From Calditrichales bacterium (lineage in GTDB: Bacteria > Calditrichota > Calditrichia > Calditrichales > J004), in assembly GCA_965267575.1 (NCBI GenBank), contig OZ254086.1, positions 4,416,001 through 4,480,000 of the forward strand: 64,000 nt of DNA. The letters are read 5' to 3'. The notes under the pieces were generated by a model. It was not told the origin of the DNA. It saw only the letters and a program-made list of their open reading frames with translations, and did not search any database. The position numbers and the translations under genes were made by a program. Shown here piece by piece: positions 1 through 10,790 of this stretch; positions within the stretch are counted from its first letter, which is position 1, and each line of letters starts with the position of its first letter.

Positions 1-1
1 T

Positions 2-1801
2 ACGGTAGTCTACAAAAACGGAAACGATAAGCTCTATATCGGAAGCGACGAAGGCCTTTTTGTTTTTGATCATGATGGCATGGTTAACGGGTCCGCTCAA
101 TTCAGGACGCTCATACGCGGCATTAAACCCGGACAGGATTCTGTGTTTTTTGCCGGATATCAGGAAGCGCTCAAACTCAAGAAGAGAAACACTTTCGATT
201 ACAGCTACAATACGTTGATCTTCAGCTGGACTGCGCCAACCTACAATGCGGAAGATAAAACGGTCTATTCACATTTTTTGGAAGGCGTAGATAAAAGCTG
301 GTCGGTTTGGCACAAAAACAATCAGAAAGAATACAATAATCTGCGTGAAGGCACTTATACTTTTCACGTAAAGGCACGAAATCATGCCGGCTATATTTCG
401 CCCCCGGCCTCTTACAGCTTTACGGTTCTGCCGCCGTGGTACCGATCCTGGTGGGCCTATATGCTCTACTCAATCATGGCTGTCAGCGCTGTGCTGGGCA
501 TCGTTAAGCTACGTTCTGTCAATCTGGAGAAGCAGGTTAACGAACGTACCCGGGAACTGGTGCAGCAACGATCGCAGATTGAGCAACAAAAAGAGCAGTT
601 ACAGAAAGCGAATACCTTGTTACGGGCGGCCAAAGAAGAAGCCGAAAACGCCGTCCTTGCAAAATCACTGTTTCTTGCCAATATGAGCCACGAGATACGC
701 ACACCGTTGAATGGTGTCATCGGGATGAACAACCTGCTTCTGCAGACAAAGCTGAATAACGAACAGGAAGAACTCTCCAAAACGATACAGATCAGTGCCG
801 AATCGCTTTTAAGCCTGGTGAATGACATTCTTGATTTTTCCAAGATCGAAGCCGGCAAAATGGAAATCGAAAACGTCGAATTCGACATCTATTCTCTGGT
901 GGAAAGCATACGTGATATGCTCAAGGTAAAAGCCGAGGAAAAGCAGCTGCAAATTAAAATTGACATTGCCGAAGGCACACCGGCTAACGTTATCGGGGAT
1001 CCGACACGCCTGCGGCAGATATTGCTTAACTTTTGCGGCAATGCAATCAAATTTACGGAAGAGGGTTTTGTAAACCTCCGTTTAACCTATCGCGAAAGCA
1101 ACCAAAACGGGCAAAAGGAATTAAACGAGGCATTGTTCCTTTTTGAAGTAACGGATACGGGCGTCGGCATCCCGCAGGAAAAACTGGAAACTATATTTGA
1201 AAGCTTTTCTCAAGCTGATTCTTCCACAACACGCAAATATGGCGGCACAGGTCTCGGCCTTACAATTTCAAGATACTTGTCCGATCTGATGGGCGGCCAG
1301 ATTGGCGTAGAAAGCAGACAGGGAGAAGGATCTACTTTTTGGCTCAAAATTGCACTCCCGATCACGCGCAGAGAACGCAACAGGCCGGTATTGCGCCGAA
1401 CCACGGAGAGTCCGACTCAGCAGCTCAAGCGTATGAAAATATTGGTCGTGGAAGATAACAAGATCAATCAGAAAGTCACGCAGCGCATCCTGGAAAAAAT
1501 GGGCATCCTTGTGGAACTGGCTGATAACGGCAAACAGGCACTGGAACAATACGCCGCCAATGAATACAATCTAATTCTTATGGACGTGCAGATGCCGATT
1601 ATGGACGGCTATGAAGCCACACGCCTAATCCGTTCCCGCGAGAACGGCAACGGCAAACGCATCCCGATCGTCGCGCTTACCGCAAACGCCATAAAGGGCG
1701 ACCGCGAGATCTGTATCCAGGCCGGAATGGACGATTACCTGACCAAGCCTGTGCGGGAATCGGAACTGCTTAACCTTATCAAACGCTACGGCAGCAACTA
1801 G
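2..1801 (+). CDS. Hybrid sensor histidine kinase/response regulator with periplasmic Y_Y_Y domain (5' end truncated by window)
   Basis: Frame is open from base 2. Y_Y_Y-like segment ([27 protein letters not shown]), TM helix, HisKA H-box [15 protein letters not shown], HATPase NAIKFT/DTGVGI/GGTGLGL, receiver domain VEDN..LMDVQMP..KP. Confidence 0.95.
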   Translation, partial: TVVYKNGNDKLYIGSDEGLFVFDHDGMVNGSAQFRTLIRGIKPGQDSVFFAGYQEALKLKKRNTFDYSYNTLIFSWTAPTYNAEDKTVYSHFLEGVDKSWSVWHKNNQKEYNNLREGTYTFHVKARNHAGYISPPASYSFTVLPPWYRSWWAYMLYSIMAVSAVLGIVKLRSVNLEKQVNERTRELVQQRSQIEQQKEQLQKANTLLRAAKEEAENAVLAKSLFLANMSHEIRTPLNGVIGMNNLLLQTKLNNEQEELSKTIQISAESLLSLVNDILDFSKIEAGKMEIENVEFDIYSLVESIRDMLKVKAEEKQLQIKIDIAEGTPANVIGDPTRLRQILLNFCGNAIKFTEEGFVNLRLTYRESNQNGQKELNEALFLFEVTDTGVGIPQEKLETIFESFSQADSSTTRKYGGTGLGLTISRYLSDLMGGQIGVESRQGEGSTFWLKIALPITRRERNRPVLRRTTESPTQQLKRMKILVVEDNKINQKVTQRILEKMGILVELADNGKQALEQYAANEYNLILMDVQMPIMDGYEATRLIRSRENGNGKRIPIVALTANAIKGDREICIQAGMDDYLTKPVRESELLNLIKRYGSN

Positions 1802-1945
1802 CGTCTCACCTTATTCTATTTATTAATATTTTTTCCTTTTTTTGATCGTTTACACCCTGCATCACGTTTTATTTAATTCAGGAAACGCATCATGTCCAAC
1901 GTTTCCGGGATGGTGCGGGTTAATCTGCCCGCGATTAGCCGGCAA

Positions 1946-3121
1946 TCAATCTTTGTAAGGGTCTTTAATATCCGGCCCGGCCATGGCAACACCAATGGGC
2001 GTAAGCGTATGAATAATACGGATCGTTTTATCATGCCGGGCAAGCACCTCCGGTAAACGTTTATAGCAATGCGGCGATTCATCGGTATCCGCACCGCGCA
2101 GTTCCACGTTGCGATCATTCACCCACTGCTGCATCATCTTGCGGCTGATGATACCCGGCTTGATCACCTTGCCGCTTTTCCATTTACGTTTGCCGCGTGC
2201 CTGTGTGCGGCTCATAACACGGCCGGCGCCATGCACCGTGCTGTAAAGGGCCGTTTTGGATTCCGCTGAATCGATACCTTCCAGGATGACAGAAATATCG
2301 CCCATGCTGCCCCCTACAAAACCGCGCTGGCCGGGAAAAGCAGGCGTGGTACCCTTGCGCACCACCCAGTACTCTTTGCCGAAGTGCTTTTCCTTCCAGG
2401 CGAAGTTGTGGTGGTTGTGCACCTCTTCCTCGATTTTGGCGCCCAGCATGCCGGCCACAAAATCACAGACCCAGTCGCGCCCGGCATAAGCGTAGCGCCC
2501 GGCCAGCTTCATCGCTTTCAGATACTGTTCGCCCAAATCGGAACGCGTGCTGAGAATCAGCGGGTCCACATCCATGCCGTCTTTGGCGCCGCCTTTTTTT
2601 AAAAACCAGGTGGCCGTTTTATGCCCCAGACCGCGGGAACCAAAATGCACACCCACCCAGACACGATCCTGCTCGTCCGTAAACAGATCGACATAATGGT
2701 TGCCCGCGCCGATGGTGCCCAACTGGGAACGGGCCAATTCCTTTAGCGGTTTCAGTACGTCCATTGACCAGGCTTTGTCTTCGAACAGCTCATGATCAAC
2801 ATGCTGCTTGTTCTTCAAGCCGATACCAAAAGAGAGCTTGTCCCAGATATCATCCATGATGCCGCTGATGTTTTTCTTTACTTCAGCGGCATCTATATCC
2901 AGACGCACGGCTTTGTTGCCACAAGCAATATCATAGCCCACGCCGCTGGGACTGATCGCATCTTCATAAGCCAGCACACCACCTATTGGCACAGCGTAGC
3001 CCTTATGGTGGTCGGCCATAAGCGCCGCTTTTTCCGCGTTTTGCCTGCACCGTTTTATCTGGGAAAGGGAGTCTTTGTCAACCGGCTCCCCCCAAACCGG
3101 AATGTCGTCTATATATTTCAT
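1946..3121 (-). CDS. rtcB: RtcB family RNA ligase
   Basis: Motifs DHHKGYAVPIGGV, GYDIACG, GAGNHY, VHFGSRG, HNHHNFAW, HGAGR, DESPHCYK. Start placed at ATG 3121 (MKYIDDIP). Confidence 0.93.
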   Translation of the reverse strand: MKYIDDIPVWGEPVDKDSLSQIKRCRQNAEKAALMADHHKGYAVPIGGVLAYEDAISPSGVGYDIACGNKAVRLDIDAAEVKKNISGIMDDIWDKLSFGIGLKNKQHVDHELFEDKAWSMDVLKPLKELARSQLGTIGAGNHYVDLFTDEQDRVWVGVHFGSRGLGHKTATWFLKKGGAKDGMDVDPLILSTRSDLGEQYLKAMKLAGRYAYAGRDWVCDFVAGMLGAKIEEEVHNHHNFAWKEKHFGKEYWVVRKGTTPAFPGQRGFVGGSMGDISVILEGIDSAESKTALYSTVHGAGRVMSRTQARGKRKWKSGKVIKPGIISRKMMQQWVNDRNVELRGADTDESPHCYKRLPEVLARHDKTIRIIHTLTPIGVAMAGPDIKDPYKD

Positions 3122-3228
3122 AAAAAGTGTCAGTGATAATGTATCAGAAAAGGCCGTGCAAATTTCATGTAATGTTTTCACGGGACAGCCAATTCTGGTG
3201 TTCCGTATTTTTTTGAATTCGTGATTTC

Positions 3229-4173
3229 CTAGCTGGCCGCTAATTCAAAATGTACCAGGTAAGCGTTGGGTGCCCGTTCATTGACCAGCATTTTGGGATC
3301 AAGCGTATTGTAATAGCGGTTTATCCGCTTCAGGTCGTGAGTGCGGCCGCCAAGCTGCGCGTAATGCGTCATCATGACCAGCGCCAGTCCCGTGCTCTGC
3401 GTACCGTTCGCTTTAATACTATAGGTATAACCTTTCTTTTTGGCGTACGATTCAATCTGTTCCAGGCGCGGCAATGTACAATCAAGGTGTTCTTTGGCCC
3501 AGGATGCGCCGGTCAGCTCATAAACCATGGTCATGCGTTCGATTTCATTGCTGCCTTCGATGTGGAAAGGGTTTAAAATAAAAACGTGCCGGCGTCCGGT
3601 TTTACAAAGCTGGTCCAGAAACGCTTCGCGGTCATTTTCCGGGATATGCTCCAGCACGTGGCAGGCCACAACCACGTCAAAGCTGTTTTCCGTGAAAGGC
3701 AGCTCCAACCCGGAGATGCCGTTCACATCGGGCTCGGCAAGACAGTAAGAAAAATCCGGCACAAAACGCGACAACAACCCGTGCCCGCCCCCGATATCCA
3801 GCAAGGAGGTACCCGCTTTGGATTCTTTTTGCAGGATTGCATCGGCCAGACTGCGCATACGGTAATATTGATTATGATCCAGTTCTTCAAGCGCTGGTCT
3901 GTGTTGCTCCACCTGGGCCATCAGCTCATTCAGCTGGGGATGGTCGGCACCAAGATGTTTGGCGGTCTTTAGTTCGGCCATACCCAGATCCAGCTGTGCT
4001 TTGGAAAGACAGAATAAGCCAAAATCCAGATGCAACGGGGCGTCGGTTGGCTTTTTGCTCAGGGCATCGCGGTATTCAGTATGGCTTTGGAATCGCGGTT
4101 GAAAAGCAGGAGAGTCAGTTTGGGCCATTTTCAGTTCCTCTGTTTTAAAGGTCACAGGCCCATATTCGAACAA
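3229..4173 (-). CDS. Class I SAM-dependent methyltransferase with N-terminal helical/TPR-like segment
   Basis: LLDIGGGHG motif I; LPFTENSFDVVVACHVLEHIP (Methyltransf_11-like). Start uncertain. Confidence 0.8.
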   Translation of the reverse strand: MFEYGPVTFKTEELKMAQTDSPAFQPRFQSHTEYRDALSKKPTDAPLHLDFGLFCLSKAQLDLGMAELKTAKHLGADHPQLNELMAQVEQHRPALEELDHNQYYRMRSLADAILQKESKAGTSLLDIGGGHGLLSRFVPDFSYCLAEPDVNGISGLELPFTENSFDVVVACHVLEHIPENDREAFLDQLCKTGRRHVFILNPFHIEGSNEIERMTMVYELTGASWAKEHLDCTLPRLEQIESYAKKKGYTYSIKANGTQSTGLALVMMTHYAQLGGRTHDLKRINRYYNTLDPKMLVNERAPNAYLVHFELAAS

Positions 4174-4176
4174 TTT

Positions 4177-4968
4177 TCAGCGTTCTAAAAGTTCAGGCAG
4201 GTGTTCTTCCAAAGGTGCCATCGGAATGCGCGGGTCATGCATGCGCTGGTCATATACAAAGCTGTCGTCGGCAATGATGCGCGCCGGGCGGCCGTGACGT
4301 CTGTTCAACGCGTTCAAAACCTGGAAAAAGCTCCAGCGCGTGTTGGAGTCAAGCAGGTAAACATCGGGTTCCATTTTGCTTAGGCGGATCAGGGCATCTG
4401 CGGTGCTGTGCAAAAAGGCGCAGGCCGGCAGCCACTTGCGGCTGGCGCTAACCGCGCCATTGTCATCACGTTCGCTGAACAGGTAATCGACCATATTGTT
4501 GCTTCCCGGCGCCGAACCGATCTGCCAGCCAAGACGGGCGATATGCGCCCGCGGATAGACTTCCTGAACGGCCGCTTCGGCCTTCTTCTTGTCCAGGCCA
4601 TAGCCATCGTCCACTGTTGCCGACGACTGCGGGTCGTAGGGACCGTTCACACTTTCGCTGTACACCATCACCGAACTGGAAAAAACAAAGCGGATATCTT
4701 TTGCGGCAGCAAGCGCGGCCAGTTGACGCGGCCACTGAACATTCACTTTATTGCCTTCGTTTTCCATGCCGGTCGGCCGGGATGCAATGGCCAAATGGAA
4801 AATAATATCCGGCCCGGTTTTCTCAACAAAGTCACCTGTCTTCGCTTCATCCAGAACTGCGTACTTTCGACGATCCCATTTTGCCACACTGATGCCCTGG
4901 CGGCTTAACAGCGAAACAAGCGCCTGACCAACAGTACCCCCTGCCCCCGTTACAATAGCTTTTTTCAT
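4177..4968 (-). CDS. RmlD-like extended SDR (sugar-nucleotide reductase family)
   Basis: IVTGAGGTVG Rossmann motif, FSSSVMVY, YGLDK (YxxxK), ARLGW. Confidence 0.8.
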   Translation of the reverse strand: MKKAIVTGAGGTVGQALVSLLSRQGISVAKWDRRKYAVLDEAKTGDFVEKTGPDIIFHLAIASRPTGMENEGNKVNVQWPRQLAALAAAKDIRFVFSSSVMVYSESVNGPYDPQSSATVDDGYGLDKKKAEAAVQEVYPRAHIARLGWQIGSAPGSNNMVDYLFSERDDNGAVSASRKWLPACAFLHSTADALIRLSKMEPDVYLLDSNTRWSFFQVLNALNRRHGRPARIIADDSFVYDQRMHDPRIPMAPLEEHLPELLER

Positions 4969-5033
4969 AGGCTTATCTCCATGTATTTCGGCTGATACGC
5001 GTTTTATTTTGTTTGGCTCCGAAAACCGGAAAT

Positions 5034-5860
5034 TTATGCGAAAAGCGCCAGCTCATCGCGGTAACGTCTCAAGGGTTCTTCAAATTCGGCAACGCAATAT
5101 CCCCGTTTGCGACGGCCTTCAATCACAATTTGCAATTTTTTGCATACTTCGCGTAGCGCCGCCTGGCGGAGTTCGCCGTTAAACGTGCTGTCCCGCAAAT
5201 GCTTCTCGATGGCCCGGATGCGCCACAGGTCCATCAGCGGCTGCTGCCGCGAAAGCTGATCCGCGTGTCCGCCATATTTTACGATACCCGCCTCATCATC
5301 CAGCCCGATCGGATACTGCCGCGTAATGCGCAGCCACAGGTCGTAATCTTCACAAACGGGAAAGTCCTCGTCAAAACCACCCATTTCTGCCCAGAGGCTT
5401 TTTTTAAACATCACCGCCGAGGGTGACACAATACACAAAGGCAGTGATTCGCGGAATATGAATCCGCCAAATTTACGATAGGATTGACCCGTTTACCGCG
5501 ACGCAGCCATATTTCCTGGCATTGCGCGATCTGCAGATCTGGCCGGGCCTTAAAAAACGCCGACTGCTTTTTCAGTTTGTGCACCATCCATTCGTCGTCA
5601 CTGTCCAGCAAGGCGATCCACTCACCCCGCGCTTTTTTGATACCACTATTGCGCGCCGCCGATACACCCCTGTTTGTGTTATGACGAATCATCTCAATCT
5701 GTCCGCCGTATTTTTGCAGACTTCGGACGGTGGTATCGCTGCTGCCGTCATCAACGACAATAATTTCCTGCGCGGGCCGGCTTTGACTCAGTACAGAATC
5801 TATGGCACGGCAAACCCTGCGCGGCCTGTTAAATACGGGAATCACCACGGAAACATTCAT
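5034..5860 (-). pseudogene. Glycosyltransferase family 2, split by a frameshift near 5481 (pseudogene or assembly error)
   Basis: 5' ORF has SVVIPVFNR, VVDDGS, GVSAARN, LLDSDD. After ..RVNP the natural continuation YRKFGGFIFRESLPLCIVSPSAVM..GGFDE..CEDYDLWLR is in another frame. Confidence 0.85.
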
Positions 5861-5911
5861 GCGATTAAAATAAGTGATTAGAGGACTGCGGTAAAATGGA
5901 CGCTGAAAGGT

Positions 5912-5947
5912 AAAAAAAAAAGCCCCGGCTAACTCACAACCGGGGCC
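5912..5947 (-). terminator. Rho-independent terminator
   Basis: GCCCCGG/CCGGGGC stem followed on the minus strand by a 10-nt U tract, just downstream of the 53-aa ORF. Confidence 0.8.
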
Positions 5948-5974
5948 TTGGGGGCTTGATGAAAATCGTCTCGT

Positions 5975-6136
5975 CTAACTGAATAAACCCGAAATTGTTT
6001 GTACCAAAGCGGGTTTTGCTTTCTTTGTTATGCCTATATAAGCCTTTGTTAAAAGCTCCCTTGTTACATCATAAAACATATACGTAAAAGGAATTGCCAT
6101 AAAAAGAACGACTGCTACCTTTAATATCTGTTCCAT
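5975..6136 (-). CDS. Small membrane protein, hypothetical (53 aa)
   Basis: AAGGAGA Shine-Dalgarno before ATG 6136; hydrophobic N-terminal helix; own terminator. Confidence 0.65.
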   Translation of the reverse strand: MEQILKVAVVLFMAIPFTYMFYDVTRELLTKAYIGITKKAKPALVQTISGLFS

Positions 6137-6211
6137 CTTTGTCTCCTTGTTTTGAATGTTACCTACGGTCGACAAAGAGGATTGTTACACTCATGTCGAA
6201 ATTTTTTTGAC

Positions 6212-7732
6212 TCAATAAAGTCCGCCGGGCAAACCCTCACGAAAATCATCATCGTCGTCTCCGGTTTCGTCCAGCATGCTGCTCAGCATGTCGCGGAAGA
6301 AGAGACGCGCGTCCATCGGTGTTTTGCTCAGAAAAGAGTACTCGGCAAGGCCGAAAAGTACAAATTCCATAAGCAGCCATTTCTCCGCTTCCCCGGCTTT
6401 GGGGTGCGTTTTATCAACAATCTCTTTCAAGCCGCTAATGTTTTTCAGCGTATTCCGAAACTCTTTATCCGGCGCGTTGAGCATAAGTTCTAAACCTTCG
6501 CCGCGGCCAAACCATTCCACGATTTTTTCATAAGGATTGGTCATCTCCGTTTTTTTAATTTTTTCCGGATCGGGAAAATGCTTCTTAAAGTGACTGCGGA
6601 TGGCTTTATTGATAAGGATATGGGCGATCTTCAGCGGGCCTTCCTGCTCACCTTCGTAGACAAGCTCAACTTTACCGGTAATGGCCGCGATGACGCCGTA
6701 AAGGTCGACGATGCGCGCTGTGGTCTTGTCCTCGCCGTTAAGCAGCATGCGCCTTTCGGCCGCGCTGTACAGGTTTTCATACGCGGAGATCGTCAATCGC
6801 GCCGATACGCCACTGTTGGCGTCCACGTATTCGCTCTCACGGGCCTGGAAAGCCAGCTCCTCCAGCAAGTCTTTTAACAGATCAGGCACTTCCACGCTCT
6901 GTTGCTGGCCCGGCGTGATATGCGCTTCCTGCTCTGTAATTTTCCTGGACACATCCAAAGACCTCGGATAGTGCGTCAGTATCTGGCTGTCAATACGGTC
7001 TTTTAGCGGTGTTACGATTGCGCCGCGGTTGGTGTAATCTTCCGGGTTGGCCGTAAACACAAACTGTATGTCCAGCGGCAAACGCAGCTTAAACCCGCGT
7101 ATCTGGATGTCTTCTTCCTGTAGGATATTAAACAACGCCACCTGGATGCGCGCTTGCAGGTCGGGCAGCTCGTTGATAACAAAAATGGAGCGGTGCGAGC
7201 GCGGGATAAGCCCAAAGTGAATCACCCGTTCATCGGAATAATGCAGCTTCATTGAGGCTGCTTTGATGGGGTCAACATCACCGATCAGGTCGGCAACAGT
7301 CACATCGGGTGTGGCCAGCTTTTCGGCATAGCGCAGATCACGATGTACCCATTCGATGGGCGTGTCGTCGCCCTTTTCAGCGATCAGATCACGAGCAAAG
7401 CGCGAAATGGGTTTAAAGGGGTCGTCATTCAGCTCGGAGCCTGCCACAACCGGAATATATTCATCGAGCAGGTTATGCATTAATCGCGCCATGCGTGTTT
7501 TTGCCTGACCGCGCAATCCCAAAAATATGATATTGTGACGCGAAAGAATAGCCCGCTGCAAATCGGGGATCACCGTTTCCTCGTAGCCGATAATGCCGGT
7601 AAAGGGATGGCGTTTTTCACGCAGCGCGCAGATCAGGTTATCACGCATTTCCAGCTTTATCGGTTTGGTCTGATAGCCGGATGCTTTAAGCTGTCCGAAC
7701 GTGTTGATTTTCTCATAATGGATATGGGGCAT
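6212..7732 (-). CDS. AAA+ ATPase, magnesium chelatase ChlI/MoxR-like
   Basis: Walker A variant GLRGQAKT, VADLIGDVDPIKAA, Walker B FVINELPDL, TANPEDYTNRG. Start MPHIHYEK at 7732. Confidence 0.88.
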   Translation of the reverse strand: MPHIHYEKINTFGQLKASGYQTKPIKLEMRDNLICALREKRHPFTGIIGYEETVIPDLQRAILSRHNIIFLGLRGQAKTRMARLMHNLLDEYIPVVAGSELNDDPFKPISRFARDLIAEKGDDTPIEWVHRDLRYAEKLATPDVTVADLIGDVDPIKAASMKLHYSDERVIHFGLIPRSHRSIFVINELPDLQARIQVALFNILQEEDIQIRGFKLRLPLDIQFVFTANPEDYTNRGAIVTPLKDRIDSQILTHYPRSLDVSRKITEQEAHITPGQQQSVEVPDLLKDLLEELAFQARESEYVDANSGVSARLTISAYENLYSAAERRMLLNGEDKTTARIVDLYGVIAAITGKVELVYEGEQEGPLKIAHILINKAIRSHFKKHFPDPEKIKKTEMTNPYEKIVEWFGRGEGLELMLNAPDKEFRNTLKNISGLKEIVDKTHPKAGEAEKWLLMEFVLFGLAEYSFLSKTPMDARLFFRDMLSSMLDETGDDDDDFREGLPGGLY

Positions 7733-7745
7733 CTTCTCTCCCGTT

Positions 7746-8843
7746 TTAACGTGTGCGTTTTCTACGGTTGCGGATGTAATCTTCAAAAATGTATTCGCCC
7801 AAACCGCGCAGGCTGCTGTAAAACGCCCGCCCGTGATTAATGCGCGTAAAGTCCTGGACAAAGCGCTGCAGATACGGGTCGCGGGCAATCATGAATGTCG
7901 TGATCGGAATATTCAGCCGGCGGCAGCGCGCGGCCTGTGTTAACGTTCTGTTCACAATTTTGCGGTCCAGCCCGAAGCTGTTTTTGTAAAACCTGCCGTT
8001 TTCATACAGGCACGTGGGCTTACCGTCGGTGATCATAAAGATCTGCTTGTTGGCTGTTTTACGGCGACGCAGGATATCCATGGCCAGTTGCAGCCCGGCG
8101 TGTGTATTGGTGTGGTAAGGCCCCACCTGCAGGTAAGGCAGATCCTTTATTTCAATGGGCCAGGCCTGATTGCCAAAAACGATAATGTCTAGGGTGTCTT
8201 TGGGATAGCGTGTTGTGATCAGCTCGGCCAGGGCCATGGCCGTTTTTTTGGCCGGCGTGATGCGGTCTTCGCCATAAAGGATCATCGAGTGGGAAATGTC
8301 AATCATCAGCACGGTGGAGGTAGTGGTTTTATACTCACGCTCCTGCACAACAAGGTCATCTTCAGTGAGCATAAAGTCATCCACACCGTGATTTATCTGG
8401 GCATTGCGCAAAGATGACGTGGAGTCGATCTGCTCGGGCTCGTCACCAAAACTGTAATGACGCCTGTCTGCCGTGGCTTCATCGCCGGCCCCGCTAAAGG
8501 GTGTGCGGTGGTTGCCGCGATTGCCTTTGCGCAGCTTGCCGAATATCTCTTCCAGCGAGCGGCGGCGGATGGTTTGCCCTGCCTTGCCCTTAACACTGAA
8601 CATACCGCTGGCCGGATCTTCATCGATATAGCCCTCTTTTTTGAGGTCTTCAATGAAATCTCCCATGCCGTACTCGTCGTTGGTCAGCCCGTGTTTCTCA
8701 TCCAGTTGGTTCATCCAGTTCAAAGCCTCATTAACGTCGCCGCCGGTATGCTGCAACAGCTGCAGGAAAATATCAAGCAACTGCTCAAATAGCGGACGGT
8801 TATCCGGCGAAGGTTTGAACTGGTCAAAAAATATACTGCGCAT
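7746..8843 (-). CDS. VWA domain-containing protein (likely partner of the adjacent AAA+ ATPase)
   Basis: MIDAS motif DISHSM, TNTHAGL, FMITDGKP. Confidence 0.88.
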   Translation of the reverse strand: MRSIFFDQFKPSPDNRPLFEQLLDIFLQLLQHTGGDVNEALNWMNQLDEKHGLTNDEYGMGDFIEDLKKEGYIDEDPASGMFSVKGKAGQTIRRRSLEEIFGKLRKGNRGNHRTPFSGAGDEATADRRHYSFGDEPEQIDSTSSLRNAQINHGVDDFMLTEDDLVVQEREYKTTTSTVLMIDISHSMILYGEDRITPAKKTAMALAELITTRYPKDTLDIIVFGNQAWPIEIKDLPYLQVGPYHTNTHAGLQLAMDILRRRKTANKQIFMITDGKPTCLYENGRFYKNSFGLDRKIVNRTLTQAARCRRLNIPITTFMIARDPYLQRFVQDFTRINHGRAFYSSLRGLGEYIFEDYIRNRRKRTR

Positions 8844-8926
8844 ACATTTGCCTTTATTTTATGGCACTGCAAACACGATTTTAAAGTGGATTATTCTCGG
8901 GACTATATTAAAGGTTCACCGAAAAA

Positions 8927-9322
8927 TTATTGTCCCGGAAAGGTAAGTAAAGTATCAAGATTTGTACTGCGGCCGACAAAGCGCACCACAAAGTCACCGG
9001 ACCTGTCGAGGGGAATCGTCACGTTGGCTTCGATCTGGGCCAGCACCTGGATGCAGTTTACTTCGGGGTCGGTCTGGACAAAAATCGAAACAAATATGCT
9101 GTCGCCGGTTTCATTGAAACGGACATCGGCGCGGTCGAATTCATAGCAGGGATTGGGCACGGTGGCCGTAACACGCGTCTCGATCATAGAGCTATTCTGC
9201 TGTAGCACTTCTACGCTATCCACGTGATAAACCAACCTGGATATTTTGTCATCGGAACGGTCTTCTCCAAAGCTGCAGCTTAAAAGCAGCAGAGCAACAA
9301 TCAAGGGGATTAGTTTCAACAT
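8927..9322 (-). CDS. Hypothetical lipoprotein
   Basis: Lipobox LLLSC; NPCYEF and CIQVL Cys pair. Confidence 0.7.
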   Translation of the reverse strand: MLKLIPLIVALLLLSCSFGEDRSDDKISRLVYHVDSVEVLQQNSSMIETRVTATVPNPCYEFDRADVRFNETGDSIFVSIFVQTDPEVNCIQVLAQIEANVTIPLDRSGDFVVRFVGRSTNLDTLLTFPGQ

Positions 9323-9372
9323 GCGATCCTCATTCTTTTTTAATGCCGGCAGCCCTTTCCCAGGCTGTGCGG

Positions 9373-9999
9373 TTATGCGCCGGTCGTTATTTTTTGTTCA
9401 ATATTTTTAAGGATTGTCGCAAACGGCGGCCGGACGCTAAAAACATAGAGCTTCTCCAAAAAAGTATCTCGGCTCCAGCCTTTGCCCGCCAGCAGTTCCA
9501 GCAGACGAAAATAGCGGTCTTCCCGGCGCATTTGTTCGCCGTATTTGTTCTTTAGGTCGCTAAGCAGATTCTCCGTCTCTTTATGCACACCGGGGCAGTC
9601 CGGCGCAGGCCAGGCGTAAACGAACTCTTCGTTGTTACTCTCCAGGTCAACGCTGCGGCCAACGGGCGCCGTGGCACATACCAACGGTTTATGTTGCGGG
9701 TGCAAAGCGCATAGCCCTTTCAGGCTGCCGTCGTCTTCCATTTGGTTGATCAGGTAGGGACAAAACATAAACGGCTTCTTTTTAAAGGCGATCTTTGGCC
9801 GCCAGACGCCGCGCGGATCAGGCACCAGCATCACCCGGCTGCTATCAAAAAGCTCGCGTGTCGAATGCATTTTATCAAAACGCGCCATTTTATAAAGATC
9901 GTACAGATTCAACAATACCTTTTGATCACCGGTACAGCAGTGGCCGCACATGGTACATTCAAAACTATAGCTGTTACTAATAACGGGAAATTGGGACAT
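9373..9999 (-). CDS. YkgJ family cysteine-cluster (CxxCxxCC) protein
   Basis: FECTMCGHCC, FCPYL, CALHPQHKPLVC. Confidence 0.85.
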   Translation of the reverse strand: MSQFPVISNSYSFECTMCGHCCTGDQKVLLNLYDLYKMARFDKMHSTRELFDSSRVMLVPDPRGVWRPKIAFKKKPFMFCPYLINQMEDDGSLKGLCALHPQHKPLVCATAPVGRSVDLESNNEEFVYAWPAPDCPGVHKETENLLSDLKNKYGEQMRREDRYFRLLELLAGKGWSRDTFLEKLYVFSVRPPFATILKNIEQKITTGA

Positions 10000-10108
10000 G
10001 GGGTTGAATTTATGAATTGAATTGATGAATTAGTGAATTAGCGGGTTGCTTACCATCTCCGCCCGGAAACGCACGCCAAAACCTGAACAGGTGAACACCT
10101 GAATACAT

Positions 10109-10762
10109 CTATAGATTCTGTACTTTCTCCAATAAATCATTCGGTCCGGCAAGAACCAGTATGTCGCTGTCTTTCAGCACATAATCTCCTTCCGGAAAAA
10201 CCACTTCTTCTTCAGGTACCACGTTCTTTATCATGATCAGTCTGATTTTGTATTCATCTTCAATGTTCAGGTCGCTTAGCTTTTCGCCTTCCCACTCTTC
10301 AGGGACGGTCAACTGGATGATGCTGTATTTGTCGGACAGCGGCAAAAAGTCGATCACATTGTTGCGCGAAAGGGCCTGCGCGAAACGGGCGGCCATATCC
10401 CGTTCCGGAAAAACGGTGGATTGCGCGCCGACCATACCGAGAATTTTGGCGTGGTCTTCCGTCGCGGCCTTGGCATATATCTCCTTTATGCCCAGTTCCT
10501 TCAGGTGAAGCGTCACCAGGATGCTAAGCTCAATGTCATCGCCCATGGAAACCACTACTTTGTCATACTCTTTGATGGAAACCTGCTCGAGCGTCTGTTT
10601 GTTTGTGGCATCACCCACCACGGCCTGCTCGATAAATTTTTTCACTTTATCGATTTTTTGCTCATTGATATCCACGGCCAGGGTTTCAACGCCCAGTTCA
10701 GCCAAACTCTGGCACAGGTAAAAGCCAAAACTGCTCAGGCCTACAACAGCAACGGAGGGCAT
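10109..10762 (-). CDS. ktrA: Ktr/Trk potassium uptake NAD-binding subunit (KtrA/TrkA family)
   Basis: VVGLSSFG, VVGDAT, VFPERDMA; RCK_N and RCK_C domains; adjacent to KtrB. Confidence 0.88.
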   Translation of the reverse strand: MPSVAVVGLSSFGFYLCQSLAELGVETLAVDINEQKIDKVKKFIEQAVVGDATNKQTLEQVSIKEYDKVVVSMGDDIELSILVTLHLKELGIKEIYAKAATEDHAKILGMVGAQSTVFPERDMAARFAQALSRNNVIDFLPLSDKYSIIQLTVPEEWEGEKLSDLNIEDEYKIRLIMIKNVVPEEEVVFPEGDYVLKDSDILVLAGPNDLLEKVQNL

Positions 10763-10790
10763 AATTTTTCCTTTCTTTTTACGATCGTAT

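Noticed and set aside
1946..3121. RtcB as part of an RNA-repair or defence operon (rtcA, rtcR, Ro60/Y RNA)
   Set aside because: No such partner genes or tRNA-like RNAs are visible nearby; it appears stand-alone.
6212..8843. Magnesium chelatase implying chlorophyll synthesis
   Set aside because: There is no ChlH or photosynthesis gene; this AAA+/VWA pair is a widespread chaperone-like module.
10004..10108. Short iterations TGAATT and CCTGAACA between ktrA and the YkgJ gene; hexamer iterations at 20433-20473
   Set aside because: These are short, degenerate low-complexity repeats that may be element scars, but nothing more can be supported.
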